Positions 37,862 through 46,310 of a stretch of 64,000 nucleotides of DNA are shown here, piece after piece. This DNA is from Pseudomonadota bacterium (lineage in GTDB: Bacteria > Bdellovibrionota > Bdellovibrionia > Bdellovibrionales > Bdellovibrionaceae): contig JBEGVH010000030.1 of the NCBI GenBank assembly GCA_041178425.1, positions 1-64,000 on the forward strand, written 5' to 3'. The stretch's first letter is position 1; every line of letters starts with the position of its first letter. The notes beneath the pieces are model-generated. The model searched no databases, was not told the origin of the DNA, and saw only the letters and a program-made list of their open reading frames with translations. Both the position numbers and the translations under genes were made by a program.

Positions 37862-39544
37862 ATGCGTATCTGGGTTAGCTTTTGGCTTGTTATACTATCC
37901 CTTTCTACTGGATCTGCCGCTCTGAAGTCGGAGGGAAAAACTCACCTTCAGGTTTTGCAGGGGCAAAAGTCAGCCTCTATTAAGGTCGACAAGGGCTTTC
38001 ATTTTAATCTTGAGGCACCCAAATATCTCTTAAACAACCAAAATAAAATAGCCCCCTCAGCGGCAACAGAAGCCAAGCTTGAATTCAAATGGGCCGAAGA
38101 TCTTAAACCAAACGCAAAAATACATTATTACGTTTGTGATGATGCTAAAACGGTTTGCGAACCCCATAGCCACACACTGAATCCTCAGATTTTAGAAAAC
38201 AAAAAAACTGCTCAAGGCGCTGATAAAAGCACCCTTGCCTCAACAAAGGTCACCCGTGATAACGAAGGCTTTATTCTCAACAATTTTGAGGTAGCAAAAC
38301 GTCAAGCAGCAAAAAAGAACACTCTTCTTTTGATTGATTTTACAGCGAGCTGGTGTCCGGCTTGCATTCGACTGATTCACGAAACCTTTGCCGCCAACTC
38401 CTTTAAAAAAATATCACAAAAGTATGTTTTGTTAAAAGTGGACGTCGACCTCGAAGAAAACCAAGAATTACTTGAACAATTCTCTATTCATGCCTTTCCG
38501 AGCCTGGTGCTTGTTGATGCCAAGGGTGATGAGATCGAACGTTTTCTCGACTATATTCCATCTGAAACCTTAGTTCCAGCCCTAGAAAAATTGGCGACGG
38601 GTCGTCTCGAGTCTCTTAAACAACTCAAAGCCAAAGCAACCAAAGGAAACGTGGCTGCCCGAACTTCACTTGGCATCAATGCCTTTAAGGCGCAAAAAAC
38701 AAGTGAGTGTCTCGATTGGCTAGAGCCACTCTCTATAAAACCTATTGAGTATTATTTTTGCTCCATAGAAAAAGCTCAAGAAGACGCTTCAAATAGCAAT
38801 TCCGAAAACACAACAGCCCTAGAAGTAGCCCTTCAAAAAGCTTTGGAGGCATTTCCTCAGTCTTTTTACAGTATCGATTGGAGGCTACAGCTCGCGGAGA
38901 TCCGTAAAAAACAGCCAAAAAAACAAGATTACGAAAAACTACTCGCCGAAGCCAAACAGCTTGGGCGCGACTGGCTAGATAATCCAACTAAACTCCAAAA
39001 TGCCAATAAAAATGGTGAACTCCTTGAACTGCAGGGGCTGGTACTACCAGAGGTGCATTTTGTGCTTGGAAAAATCGCAGAAGATCTCGGCGATAAAAAA
39101 GAGGCCCAAAAAGAATATGAACACTCTGTTGAACTAACAATGAGCCTCAACCCCTCTGCTAAGAATCCCACCATTGTTCTTTACCTAGTTCAGTACTTGA
39201 AGAAGATTCACTCTTATGAAAAACCCCTTGAATGGTTAAAAAAGCTCGAAGAAGGCTATCCTCAGGAATTTACCTATCTTCATCGTCAGGCGTCTCTCCT
39301 CAACGAAAACAAAAAATTTCAAGAAGCTCTCCCTTTGGCCGAAAAAGCACACGCCCTTGCCTATGGAAAAAACCAAGTACGAACTGGGCTTCTTCTCGCC
39401 AAAGTTCAGACTGAGCTTAATAATAAGAAAGAGGCGCAAACTATTTTGCAAAATCTTTTAAAGACGTCGGCGGTGCAAGCGCCAGGTAGCACGCAAAGTC
39501 GAGAAAAGATCATGCGTGCCCTGAAAGAATTCGGTGCGAACTAA
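37862..39544 (+). CDS. Exported thioredoxin-fold protein with N-terminal DsbD-N-like domain and C-terminal TPRs
   Basis: Signal peptide; GFHFNLEAP...YYVCDDAKTVC; IDFTASWCPAC; helical repeats. Confidence 0.8.
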   Translation: MRIWVSFWLVILSLSTGSAALKSEGKTHLQVLQGQKSASIKVDKGFHFNLEAPKYLLNNQNKIAPSAATEAKLEFKWAEDLKPNAKIHYYVCDDAKTVCEPHSHTLNPQILENKKTAQGADKSTLASTKVTRDNEGFILNNFEVAKRQAAKKNTLLLIDFTASWCPACIRLIHETFAANSFKKISQKYVLLKVDVDLEENQELLEQFSIHAFPSLVLVDAKGDEIERFLDYIPSETLVPALEKLATGRLESLKQLKAKATKGNVAARTSLGINAFKAQKTSECLDWLEPLSIKPIEYYFCSIEKAQEDASNSNSENTTALEVALQKALEAFPQSFYSIDWRLQLAEIRKKQPKKQDYEKLLAEAKQLGRDWLDNPTKLQNANKNGELLELQGLVLPEVHFVLGKIAEDLGDKKEAQKEYEHSVELTMSLNPSAKNPTIVLYLVQYLKKIHSYEKPLEWLKKLEEGYPQEFTYLHRQASLLNENKKFQEALPLAEKAHALAYGKNQVRTGLLLAKVQTELNNKKEAQTILQNLLKTSAVQAPGSTQSREKIMRALKEFGAN

Positions 39545-41607
39545 AAATTAATATTCCAATTCAGAGTGGCCGTAAGGGTGTACTTATTGTAGGTCGAGGC
39601 CTCGAGTGTTGAAGTATTAGTTTCGTAACCAGCCGCTAAGATACCTTGCAGTTTTTCTGTGAGTGGCGAACTCAAACTAGTACTAAAATTGAGGTTCGAG
39701 TCTTTTCTATTTGCCGAACTTCTTGAGTAATCGCTGCTAGAGGCCATCAGCATGCTGGTCCAACTGCTCTTTTGTAAAACCGGCTTCAGATACCCTAATA
39801 CGAGTTCGAATTTTCCAAAGGCATTGTCATCGGCGGGAGATTGGTTACTGAGATAACTCCAGTTAAACAGTAAGGCAGTGGTCTTTTTTTGATCCATAAA
39901 CCATATATTGTTGTTTCCTAAGAGCACTTTAGTTGCATCGGCAGTTCCCACACTCTGTAATTTTGAATCTTCTCCCCGCCAGTCTAGTCGAATAATTGAA
40001 ATCAAGTCATTATTAACAACAAATGTTTGTTCGGTGGTAACAACACTGCTCCCCATGGTCATTTCTCTTGTCCCCACACCATCGGCGTTCAAGTACAGAC
40101 TTTCATAGCCCGGAGAGACTGAAAAAATGTAGGGCTTGCCGAAGAGCTTACCCTTCCATTTGTAGGGAATCTTAGCCGCGAGAATCTGTGGATCGGCAAA
40201 TTGAAGAGTCGCATTGGGTTTAAATTTACTATCAACGCTATACATATCTGTATAGCTCACTGCTGCTTCAAGTTCATGACGGTCATTGAAGATCAAGCGA
40301 TACTCTAGGTTCGCATTGAGAAGGCCGCGAAAGCCCGCCTTGTCGGTGGCTGGGGCGCTAGCCGCATTAGAGACTAACAGAATATTGGAGTCGTACATCA
40401 AACCAGTAGTGACCGTTGCCGTGAAGCGTTTTTCGAGCATGGCTAAGTATTGCTCAATCGAAGCAATCTGTTCGATATAAGCTTCAGCCTGAGCGTCGAG
40501 TTGAGTGTCATCGGAAGTGTCGATTGTTTTTTCGAAAGCAGCTTTCGAGGCTTTGTAGTTTTCACGAGAAAAATGAATAACACCAGTAAAAAAACTCGCC
40601 GAAGGCCCGAGAGCTTTGTCGGGGGACGACGTGACCGCTTCAAACTCTTTGAGAGCAGCGTTGTATTCTTTAAGCTTCATGTAACAGAGCCCCTGATAAA
40701 AGGACTTTTCATGAGGATTGACGTTTTTATCGTTGGCGAGTTTAAAGGCAACAAGGGCCTCATTGTATTTTTGATTCTTATAAAGAGTCGCCCCGTATTG
40801 AAAGTAATAAGTTGTTTCGGAGGGATCGAGCTCAATACTCTTTCTAAAATTGGCTTCTGCTTCGACAAACCTCTGCCCTTGAAAATCCTTGAGCGCTAGA
40901 GCTGATAATTCTTTGGCTTTTTTTATCCTAGCCAGGCGCTCTTCAGCACTGAGGCGTTCTTGTTCTTTTTTGAGTTCTTCTTGACGAAGGCGCGCCTCTT
41001 CTTCTTTTTTAAGTCGGTTAGCTTCTTGTTCCTGGGCTAAGCGAGCGAGTCGTTCTTGCTCAGCAGCCACGGCCGCTTTTCGGGCGGCCTCAATGGCCAC
41101 AGGATCCACCACAGCTTTTGCTGCCCCTTTTTTAGATTGAGAGGCTAAAAAGGCTTCTTGCTCCGTTACATAAACAGTCATTATTTGCTTCTTCTTTAAC
41201 CGACGCAAAAGGTAAGGCTTCTTTAATAGAAAACCACCGTTGATGAGGGCGTCTATCGACTGTAAAGATTCTTTTTCGGCAATCTCTTGAGAGGGAATAA
41301 AAACATCTGCATCGAGAGACTCACCGTTACTGGAACGTAAAAAAAACTGGCCTGTAAAGGTTCCACTGTCTTCTTTTTCTTCGGTTAAAATCAACTTAAC
41401 TGTTTGATGACTTTGCCGATCTCTGAGCAATAAAATTCCTGAGTCTTTTTCGCTCGAAGACTTATTCCACGGTGCAAATTTGAATTCCACTTTTAATGGC
41501 AAGTTTGGGCTTTGTTTCGATTCTGTTTGGGCCCATGCCCCTGGCGACTGAACCAATGCAAGAGACGTTATTAAGTTAAGAGCTTGTTTTTTTGTAACGA
41601 ATGGCAT
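39541..41607 (-). CDS. TPR protein with coiled coil and C-terminal outer-membrane beta-barrel
   Basis: Signal peptide ending AWA; EQERLARLAQEQE coiled coil; TPRs; GLMYDSN barrel start; C-terminal LNWNINF. Confidence 0.78.
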   Translation of the reverse strand: MPFVTKKQALNLITSLALVQSPGAWAQTESKQSPNLPLKVEFKFAPWNKSSSEKDSGILLLRDRQSHQTVKLILTEEKEDSGTFTGQFFLRSSNGESLDADVFIPSQEIAEKESLQSIDALINGGFLLKKPYLLRRLKKKQIMTVYVTEQEAFLASQSKKGAAKAVVDPVAIEAARKAAVAAEQERLARLAQEQEANRLKKEEEARLRQEELKKEQERLSAEERLARIKKAKELSALALKDFQGQRFVEAEANFRKSIELDPSETTYYFQYGATLYKNQKYNEALVAFKLANDKNVNPHEKSFYQGLCYMKLKEYNAALKEFEAVTSSPDKALGPSASFFTGVIHFSRENYKASKAAFEKTIDTSDDTQLDAQAEAYIEQIASIEQYLAMLEKRFTATVTTGLMYDSNILLVSNAASAPATDKAGFRGLLNANLEYRLIFNDRHELEAAVSYTDMYSVDSKFKPNATLQFADPQILAAKIPYKWKGKLFGKPYIFSVSPGYESLYLNADGVGTREMTMGSSVVTTEQTFVVNNDLISIIRLDWRGEDSKLQSVGTADATKVLLGNNNIWFMDQKKTTALLFNWSYLSNQSPADDNAFGKFELVLGYLKPVLQKSSWTSMLMASSSDYSRSSANRKDSNLNFSTSLSSPLTEKLQGILAAGYETNTSTLEASTYNKYTLTATLNWNINF

Positions 41608-41724
41608 TGAGCTAGACCCCTTAAGAAGGATTTGAGTTTAAATTCTCCCTCTTAAAAGTATGCCTGTATTCTTAAAAAGATTTAGCTCTCTCGAAGAGAA
41701 CTAGACCTCAAACAATCAAGACCA

Positions 41725-41745
41725 AAGTGGGGCTAGGCCCCACTT
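41725..41745 (-). terminator. Stem-loop immediately after the FecR-domain gene
   Basis: aagtggggc-tag-gccccactt, a 9-bp stem with only a short T tail. Confidence 0.5.
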
Positions 41746-41747
41746 GT

Positions 41748-43310
41748 TTATTGGGCCCGCTTGAGAAAAATATTGAGCTTGGTATTAGTGTTGTTGTTAC
41801 GAATAATTTGGTTTACCTGGTTGATGACCTGCTGGGTGGCTTGAGTTGCGGGGGGCGCAACAACAACCGTTGGCGGCACCACAATGACCGGTTGGGATGT
41901 GGGATTTACAACTCCTTGTGAGACCGAAGGCGCAAGATCGGTTCTGTCTAACATGAGCGTTGGAGCTGTTGGCGCAACGGGGGGCGGTGCCGATGGGGCG
42001 GAGGCTGTGGCGGCCCCAGCAGTTGTGGATGCTGGCGTTCTCTGGTTGTTATTATTAGACGACTTAGAATCATTACTCGGGGCAGGGGCATTGGCCGTGT
42101 TTTTTCCTGCCTCCGACGGAGTCTCCGTTTTTACATTCGAAGGAGGTTCCTTTGCGGCCACAGCCTTATCGGGCTCGCGGCGAGGAGCATCCTTCTTTTC
42201 GGGAGCTTCTGGTTTTTTAGCTTCTTCTCGTTTCGCCACATCTTCTTTTTTAGCAGGCTCTTCCCTCTTTGCTACTTCGTCTTTTTTGGCTGGTTCGTCT
42301 TTTTTGGCCGTTTCCTCTTTCTTCACCGGCTCCTCTTTTTTAGAAGACTCTTCAGACTTTGCCTGCTCCGTATTTTTGGCATCGTCTTTTTTGGGATCAC
42401 TCTCTTTTTTTGCTTCTTTTTTGTCTTCTACCTCAGACCGTTCAGCCTTTTTATCTTCTTTTTTATCGTCAGACTTTTTCTCGTCTTTTTTATCTTCTTT
42501 TCGCTCATCTTTTTTGTCTTCAGACTTGCTTTCGTCTTTTTTCTGGTCGTCGGCTTTAGCCTCGTCTTTCTTTTCTTCTTTCTTGTCTTCCTTCTTGTCT
42601 TCTTTCTTTTCCTCTTGGGCCTGACCAGTCGAGTTTGATGCTGAGGTATCGGTCGCAGTCTCCGCTTTGGTTTCATTATTCAACTGCTTCATCTCGTCTT
42701 TCGGAACAGCCGCCGGCACTGAAGGCGGTGCGCCTTGAACGGCGGTTGTCATTTGCCCAGGATTCACAAAGACAGGGTTCATGATTTGCCCCTGAGGCCC
42801 TGGTGTACCAACAGCCACTTGCCCTTCGAAAGTAATAATCTTGGTTTCTTTTTTGCCCGGAGTGTAGCCAGTTAAGAAATCGGTACCACGAACGCCGGCG
42901 ACGGCCGTTGGAGTTTTGATATTAAATTTGTTTTTTTCGCCGTCATACTTTTGCTCTACTGTGGCTCGAACTTTTCCGTAGGCGATGTCGAGAGTCACTT
43001 GCTTATCGCCTTTTGCTGGGTCGTAAATATATTTTTCTAGAATTAACTTTGTATCGGGCGAGATATTAATAATGTTTTTATCGGCCATCACTATTTTTGC
43101 GCGAGCGTCTTTTCCTGCAACGATAGTATCCGACGGCACCACTTTTTTACCTATTTTAGCCTTTTCGGTGAGTCCACTTTTTGAGGTGATCTGTACATCG
43201 CCTTTGACCACCGTGAACGTTCCCGACGTATCTGCAAAAGCTGCTGGAACCAACAATACCACAAAAAATGCAATAGTAAAAAATTGGATTAAACTAGTTC
43301 GACCGGCCAT
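41748..43310 (-). CDS. Exported FecR-domain protein with long Lys/Glu/Asp- and Pro/Ala-rich tail
   Basis: Signal peptide ending AFA; FNIKTPTAVAGVRGTDF and FEGQVAV FecR motifs; ATG at 43310 after GGAG. Confidence 0.85.
   Translation of the reverse strand: MAGRTSLIQFFTIAFFVVLLVPAAFADTSGTFTVVKGDVQITSKSGLTEKAKIGKKVVPSDTIVAGKDARAKIVMADKNIINISPDTKLILEKYIYDPAKGDKQVTLDIAYGKVRATVEQKYDGEKNKFNIKTPTAVAGVRGTDFLTGYTPGKKETKIITFEGQVAVGTPGPQGQIMNPVFVNPGQMTTAVQGAPPSVPAAVPKDEMKQLNNETKAETATDTSASNSTGQAQEEKKEDKKEDKKEEKKDEAKADDQKKDESKSEDKKDERKEDKKDEKKSDDKKEDKKAERSEVEDKKEAKKESDPKKDDAKNTEQAKSEESSKKEEPVKKEETAKKDEPAKKDEVAKREEPAKKEDVAKREEAKKPEAPEKKDAPRREPDKAVAAKEPPSNVKTETPSEAGKNTANAPAPSNDSKSSNNNNQRTPASTTAGAATASAPSAPPPVAPTAPTLMLDRTDLAPSVSQGVVNPTSQPVIVVPPTVVVAPPATQATQQVINQVNQIIRNNNTNTKLNIFLKRAQ
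42190..42620 (-). repeat. Low-complexity coding repeats (KKE/KKD tetra- and hexapeptides)
   Basis: EEKKEDKKEDKKEEKKDE... and KKEEPV KKEETA KKDEPA KKDEVA KREEPA KKEDVA KREEA. Confidence 0.85.
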
Positions 43311-43345
43311 TAAATTCTCCAATCAGAGTAACTTCACTGCACTAC

Positions 43346-43372
43346 TTATCGGCCTTTTGGAGTTAAAAAATA
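43346..43372 (-). promoter_or_regulatory. Sigma28-type promoter of the FecR gene
   Basis: Minus strand TATTTTTT-N11-GCCGATAA; perfect -10, weak -35. Confidence 0.55.
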
Positions 43373-43497
43373 AGTGAAAAAGCAGCGAAAAGATTAGAAA
43401 TAGTTCAATGCTTTGGCCACCAGACAATCGACAATAATAGCCAATTCTCAAACTGAGACTATGACTTAACCCAAATCGTTTAAAAGTAATATAGGCG

Positions 43498-46275
43498 CTA
43501 CTTTGTCTTCATCACAAAAACACCATCCCAATTATCGGGAGGAGGATCGGTCATAAACTCAAGGCAACGTTCCACGTAGAGTTTAGAGACCGGATCTTCG
43601 GGCTCGACATCGAGTGCTCGTTGAAAGTGTGCGAGAGCTTCATTGAAATTCTTTTGATGATAAAGCCCATAGCCCGAATTGAAATGCACGATCATGTCTC
43701 GTTTTGCGGCACTAGGGGGCCCTTCACTGATGAGTTCATAAATTTTAATGGGCTGCAGTTTTCCTTTAACCCTCACCCAATCAACCTCTCGGCATGTAAA
43801 CTCGCTCTTAACATCTTCGTGCGTGAATTCGCTGATGATAATGCGGGTTCCATACTCTTTGTTGATACCCTCGAGGCGCGAACCAAGATTCACACCATCA
43901 CCCATCACGGTGTAGCTTCGCACAATGTCGGAACCCATATTGCCCACCGACATATCAGAGGTGTTGATACCAATGCCGATATCGATCAACGGATACCCAC
44001 GCTTCTTAAAATCCTCTTGAATGTCTTTGAGTTTTTGAATGCTCTGCAAGGCACAACGACAAGCGTACTTTGCATGATCATCGTAGGCGACAGGAGCACC
44101 AAAAAAAGCCATGATCGCATCGCCCATGTATTTATCGAGCGTGCCTTTGTTGTTAAACACAATGTAGGTCATTGGTGTGAGATACTCGGTAAGCACATTG
44201 GCCAGCATCTGCGGGTCGAGTTTTTCCGAAATAGTGGTAAAGCCCCGTACGTCAGAGAACATCACCGACATTCTCTGTTTTTTTCCACCCAACTGAACAT
44301 TTTCTGGATCTTTAAGAATTTCCTCGACGATGGCCGGAGAGACGTATTTAGAAAAGGTTGCTTTGAGATACTTCTTTTTACGCTCCTCGAAGAAATATTT
44401 TACAAAGGTCGTCGTTACATAAATTATAGTTACCTCAATCACCAAAAAAGCGGAGGCTGCAACAATCCCCTTTTGAAAAAGAAACACTTTATCTACAAAC
44501 AAGATGGCCAGCATCAAAACTAAAGTGGTTATCATGCCCGAGATCGCACCCAGGTGATTGATCAAATACGAACTAAGAAAACCCAAGAGCAAAAGTGCAA
44601 TAATCATCACCGGAAACTCTTTGGCCTCAGCTCGCAAAAAGTTTTGCGATAGCAAGTTGCCAAGAACGTTGACGTGAGTTTCAACCCCAGGAAAGTTTTC
44701 TTCAAAGGGGGTCACGCGCAGGTCATACACTCCCACAGCCGTGGCGCCCACCACAAAAATGCGATCTTTAATAAACTCAGAACGATCCACAAGTTTTTCT
44801 TCTATACGGTATTTCTGGGTCTTTGGATCGAGCGTTTGCTGATATATTTTTATCTTGGGCCTGCTATGAAAGAGCTCCGAGGCCGGCAGATGGGGGTAAG
44901 ACATCTGTGCGCCCGTGTAGTTGATGTAAATGCGTCCACGGTGATCCACCGGAATACTAAATTTAACCTGGTCTGTTTCTGGATCTTTAATTTCTAGTTT
45001 GCTCACGGCGAACTGGCGATTTTCAAAAGAGCCAAAAAGATCAGAGCGGTCTTTGTCGAGCGTCAAGTAGGCCTGATAGCCCGTCGAGATCAAATAGGTT
45101 TGCAAAGCCAACGACGGAATCAAGTCTTCTTGTCGTGCCCCAGCTCGATAAAAAAGCGGAGACCTGCGAATAGTTCCATCGGCATCAAGAAAGGCCGCAA
45201 ACATACCAAAGTGAGCAGACGCCTTAGTAAGTAAAGGAATATCAACAGTCCAACGCCCCGTCTGCATAATGGGATTAATAAAGATATAGCCTCTAAGTTT
45301 GTCGAGTTCTCCACGGAGTGTGGTATTTGCTAACACTTTGTTTTCTTCGAAGAGTTTGGGCCAGCTTTTTTCCCAGTAGTCAAAAAAACGATCGGCCTTG
45401 GGATTCAGCCATGTTGAACAATAATGCCGAAGAGCTTTTTCTTTGGCCGCTGTCACTTGAGCTTGCTCTATGGTGTTGAGTTTTGACTGAGAGTTTTTGA
45501 AGAGTTCTTTTTCGATAAAGCGCTGGCGCTCTTCGGCCTCGATCTTTTCAAAGAGCGGCTGAAAAAAACGATCAAAAGGAGTGTTTTCAAAGACAAAGCT
45601 GCTTTTGGAATTATGATAAAACTCATTAAAGATAAAGGGCGGCCACTCTTCGGCCTCACGAATCACGTAACCTTGGCTTCTCTTAAAGGCCTCGGTGTAG
45701 CAAAGATTTTGATAGGGATCGAGCACTTCTGACAAGCCATCATAGAAAGCTCCCATGACGAGTTTTTCTCGATGCTTATTGAGAACATCGGCAAACACCT
45801 GATCGGGGTTGAGTTGAGCTTTGATTTCTTGCGCGACCCTGCTCGAAAGAGCACTTTTTTGCTCCATCGATTCAACCACCTTGATGGCTTTTTCTTCTTG
45901 AGGCTCAGAAAAAACCATATCGAAGGCAAGATTTTTGGCCCCTTGTTGCATGAGTGTATCGACCAATTGGCCCATGGTTTCTCGACTCCAAGGCCAGCGA
46001 CCCACTTGATTAAGGCTCGCATCGTCGATAGCCAGCACAGCCACCTTCTCTTTGCCCTCCATCTGACCCCGTAAGCGCAATCGAAAGTCGAGTGTTTTTT
46101 GATCAACAAACTCAAGCACCTTAAAGGTCAGACTATGCTCGCCGTCTTCAATGCTGAGATCATACTTTTCGGTGTAATAGTTAAAAACGGAGTAAGTAAA
46201 TAAAAGGGTTGCAACCACCCCAACCGTCGTTGTGCTTTGCAACCACTCATAAAACCGATTCGATTTTTTTTCCAT
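43498..46275 (-). CDS. CHASE2-domain class III adenylate/guanylate cyclase with C-terminal TPR
   Basis: IDDASL..VGRWPWSR, DADGTIRR, VGATAVGVYDLRVTP, PGVETH (CHASE2); three TM helices; FSDVRGFT, DKYMGDAIMAFFG, YTVMGDGVNLGSRLEG, RVKGK. Confidence 0.93.
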   Translation of the reverse strand: MEKKSNRFYEWLQSTTTVGVVATLLFTYSVFNYYTEKYDLSIEDGEHSLTFKVLEFVDQKTLDFRLRLRGQMEGKEKVAVLAIDDASLNQVGRWPWSRETMGQLVDTLMQQGAKNLAFDMVFSEPQEEKAIKVVESMEQKSALSSRVAQEIKAQLNPDQVFADVLNKHREKLVMGAFYDGLSEVLDPYQNLCYTEAFKRSQGYVIREAEEWPPFIFNEFYHNSKSSFVFENTPFDRFFQPLFEKIEAEERQRFIEKELFKNSQSKLNTIEQAQVTAAKEKALRHYCSTWLNPKADRFFDYWEKSWPKLFEENKVLANTTLRGELDKLRGYIFINPIMQTGRWTVDIPLLTKASAHFGMFAAFLDADGTIRRSPLFYRAGARQEDLIPSLALQTYLISTGYQAYLTLDKDRSDLFGSFENRQFAVSKLEIKDPETDQVKFSIPVDHRGRIYINYTGAQMSYPHLPASELFHSRPKIKIYQQTLDPKTQKYRIEEKLVDRSEFIKDRIFVVGATAVGVYDLRVTPFEENFPGVETHVNVLGNLLSQNFLRAEAKEFPVMIIALLLLGFLSSYLINHLGAISGMITTLVLMLAILFVDKVFLFQKGIVAASAFLVIEVTIIYVTTTFVKYFFEERKKKYLKATFSKYVSPAIVEEILKDPENVQLGGKKQRMSVMFSDVRGFTTISEKLDPQMLANVLTEYLTPMTYIVFNNKGTLDKYMGDAIMAFFGAPVAYDDHAKYACRCALQSIQKLKDIQEDFKKRGYPLIDIGIGINTSDMSVGNMGSDIVRSYTVMGDGVNLGSRLEGINKEYGTRIIISEFTHEDVKSEFTCREVDWVRVKGKLQPIKIYELISEGPPSAAKRDMIVHFNSGYGLYHQKNFNEALAHFQRALDVEPEDPVSKLYVERCLEFMTDPPPDNWDGVFVMKTK

Positions 46276-46310
46276 TTGCGCTACCTAGTTGCTAAATCCA
46301 TGTTGTTTTT

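Noticed and set aside
41884..42624. 246-aa Ser/Phe-rich plus-strand ORF
   Set aside because: Antisense shadow of the Lys/Glu/Asp repeats of the FecR gene.
43621..44523. 300-aa plus-strand ORF
   Set aside because: Antisense to the conserved cyclase domain; no recognisable motifs.
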